64,000 nt of DNA from Octopus bimaculoides (lineage: Eukaryota), in contig NC_068996.1 in the NCBI RefSeq assembly GCF_001194135.2, positions 38,580,223 through 38,644,222 on the forward strand, given 5' to 3'. The translations under genes and the position numbers were made by a program. Of the stretch, positions 61,738 to 64,000 are shown in pieces. Within the stretch, counting starts at the first letter, position 1. Every line of letters starts with the position of its first letter. Under the pieces are notes generated by a model that saw nothing but the letters and a program-made list of their open reading frames with translations, was not told where the DNA came from and made no database searches.

Positions 61738-63404
61738 CGCCATTTTCTTTTTTCTTTTTTTTTCTTTCTTTTTTTGTACAACCCTGCTTCATCAAAAAGT
61801 ACCATTGTTTCATCTCATTTGAATCTTTGGTCATGTATTCCTGATCGTTGTTGCTTTATTTTCTCAATCCCATTTTGAATATCTACAATGATTGCAAATT
61901 TATGCATAATATCAAATCCTTTTGCAAACTATGCAGTGGCTGAATAGAGGTGAAAATCAAAGTAAAATGCCTCTGGAAGAGGCAACAGTTTGAAGTGGAG
62001 TTTACTGTTTAGTAATGTTTCATAACAACCTGTTCTCTTTTACAGCTCAATCTGACTCTGTATTGCAACCTATGTAGCTTGTCATAGCCTACTTCTAGTT
62101 TCAAATAACTTCTCTCTTTAACATTAAAAAAAAGCCTAACTTTTCTATTTCGTATTGAATCCTTATCATACAGCAGATGTGTTCAGTTAATTATTAGCAG
62201 CATTTTTTCCTTATGTACACTAACTACATCTTTTCATTTTGCTAAAGACATACTTGTACCCCAGAATGTTCTAAATTTTCATGTAATTTGCAAATCAATC
62301 CTTGTTTTGGATTGCTTTTTGATTTCCCACATAATTTGTTAGTAATAAAAACATAGTTGTAATTAAAAAAAGAAATTTGAAATCTCAATTGTCAGCATAG
62401 ATTTTTTTCATTCTTTTTCTACTTAGGAATGCATTGACGGATTTTTTTTTTTTTATAATTGTGCATGAATGTATTTAGTTTTGATACATTTTGAATTGTA
62501 CTGTTACAGATTTTGACAATTCACTCTGCTGCTTTTAATCCTGAATGCTTCATTTCTTTATTTGGCTGGTAAAAACTTTCTGGAAAGTTCTCAAGCTGTG
62601 TTGAAATTTAAAACTCAGTGCAATTCAAAGCAGAATTAATATTGTATTAATTTGCTTTTGAAGCAAGCCTTAAAAATTCAAGAGTGTAAATAGTTTAAAA
62701 GAAAATTTTTTTTTTTTTCCAATGAAATCTAGGAAAATATGAATTTGAAAAGTAATTTATCGTTAGGTTACTAGAATAGCAGAAACTTAGTGCTATGCTA
62801 AATGTACAGTAATATTTATCTTTCGGTTTTAGTTCAATTCCTGTTGAGAATAGTCAAATACATACCAGAATGACTACTATTTCTTACAAATCTGATTTTC
62901 ATCTTTGGAATTTTTTTTGAATTTTTAATTCTGACAAAACTTAATTTATGAAAATCTATATATTTGTTCATTAAATTATTTGGTACATCAAGATTCAATG
63001 TCGAAATAATTTTGATTTCCAAATAATCAAAAGTCTTTGCTTGCTGCAAACAAACATTTTATATAATAATTTGAAATTAAACCACTCTTATTAGTCAAGT
63101 TTTGGTACTGGTTTTGTCAAGATGTTTAAGCCTTATTTTTAAGTCTTCCCTCCTCTTCAGAATGTTGTTTGGCGATATCTTTTAAACTACTTATTTAGAC
63201 ATCTAACCTTTTTGGCCTTCAAGGTTGACTATCATCAACAAGACAGAATTCTGTAAAATAGAGGGATCAAATTATATTCCTCTAGACATTTTTTTGAGGA
63301 TTTTTCAGTTTTTATGAAATATCTTCCACAATGTTTTCTCTTAAATAAATGAAGCTTTAAAGGCATATTCTGAGATTTCCCAATTGTTCTCTTTATTGTT
63401 ACAG

Positions 63405-63551
63405 TTATTAGAAGGTCTACGAGGTTGTCCAGATCCTTTTTATTCAATGATGCATTTATCTCCACATCCATCATCACACGTCATAAGGGGCAATACCCTG
63501 GAGACTCATCAGTCTGTATCACCCACTCCTACTTGCAGCAACTACTTGGGG
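63405..63551 (+). CDS. HECTD1: Probable further HECTD1 exon (LLEGLRGCPDPFYSMMHLSPHPSSHVIRGNTLETHQSVSPTPTCSNYLG), no recognised homology
   Basis: Pyrimidine-rich acceptor ttctctttattgttacag|; GGG|gtgagc donor; 147 nt open in phase 0-0; more GC-rich than the flanks. Confidence 0.58.
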
Positions 63552-64000
63552 GTGAGCATAAAGATTTTGAAAATGTTTCCCTGTGTGTTTGTGCGTGTGC
63601 ATGCCTTTGTGTGTGTGTGTGTGTACATGGATAAGTTTTTGTTTTTTTTTTAAATTCAAAAATGTTAATCTTACAACATTTTCAAAATTCTCAGTTTAGT
63701 ATTATGTCCTTATTACTATTTTCCAGAACTTGTTCTGCAACAAAGAAATTGTTTTGTCTTTTAATCCTTTCGTTGCTATATTCCTATCTGAAATACACAC
63801 CTATGTGTTTCAATGAAATTCTAAAATAATCGTGAATTTAGACTTGTTTCATAAAACAACTTGAATTTTTTTTTTTTTTTTTCTTTTATTAATCAACATA
63901 TCAATATGATTTTTAGACACAATTTAACTAAAGGTTCTTAACAAAACCTATTTCATAATTTTTGTCTCAAAGTGGAACTAATTACAGGTAAATACAGGTA

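Noticed and set aside
61937-61987. 51-nt open segment WLNRGENQSKMPLEEAT
   Set aside because: Weak polypyrimidine tract and weak donor (gtttga)
62510-62568. Candidate exon after gttacag|
   Set aside because: Frameshifting or stop-containing; no supporting evidence in the sequence

Overview
AT-rich, microsatellite- and SINE-dense animal genomic DNA. The SINE and MITE families look like those of octopus or another coleoid cephalopod; this species call is my inference. The only protein-coding gene I can support is HECTD1 (E3 ubiquitin-protein ligase, Ufd4 family) on the + strand. Its ATG is at 22883, and I traced 27 frame-consistent GT-AG coding exons to 58765 (at least about 1426 aa). These cover the ARM-like N-terminus, ankyrin repeats, the SUN-like beta-sandwich and the MIB/HERC2 domain. 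A probable 28th, unrecognised exon lies at 63405-63551, and the HECT domain lies beyond the window. Most of these exons are absent from the supplied ORF track; nearly all other ORFs in the track are repeat artefacts. Bases 1-22.8 kb hold transposon remnants (Helitron end, Dong/R4-like and CRE-like RLE LINEs, Penelope GIY-YIG, RTE, hAT MITE, tRNA-derived SINEs), a CpG-retaining promoter-like island near 7-8.6 kb with an orphan splice donor, and several long palindromes. Best leads: (i) candidate restorative A-to-I recoding sites in HECTD1, (ii) a phase-0 combinatorial splicing module after the MIB/HERC2 domain, (iii) a possible far-upstream HECTD1 promoter, and (iv) multiple local inverted duplications able to form long dsRNA. 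There are four assembly gaps, one inside a coding exon. Comparisons with human HECTD1 are from memory, not a database search. I found no CRISPR, rRNA or true tRNA genes.
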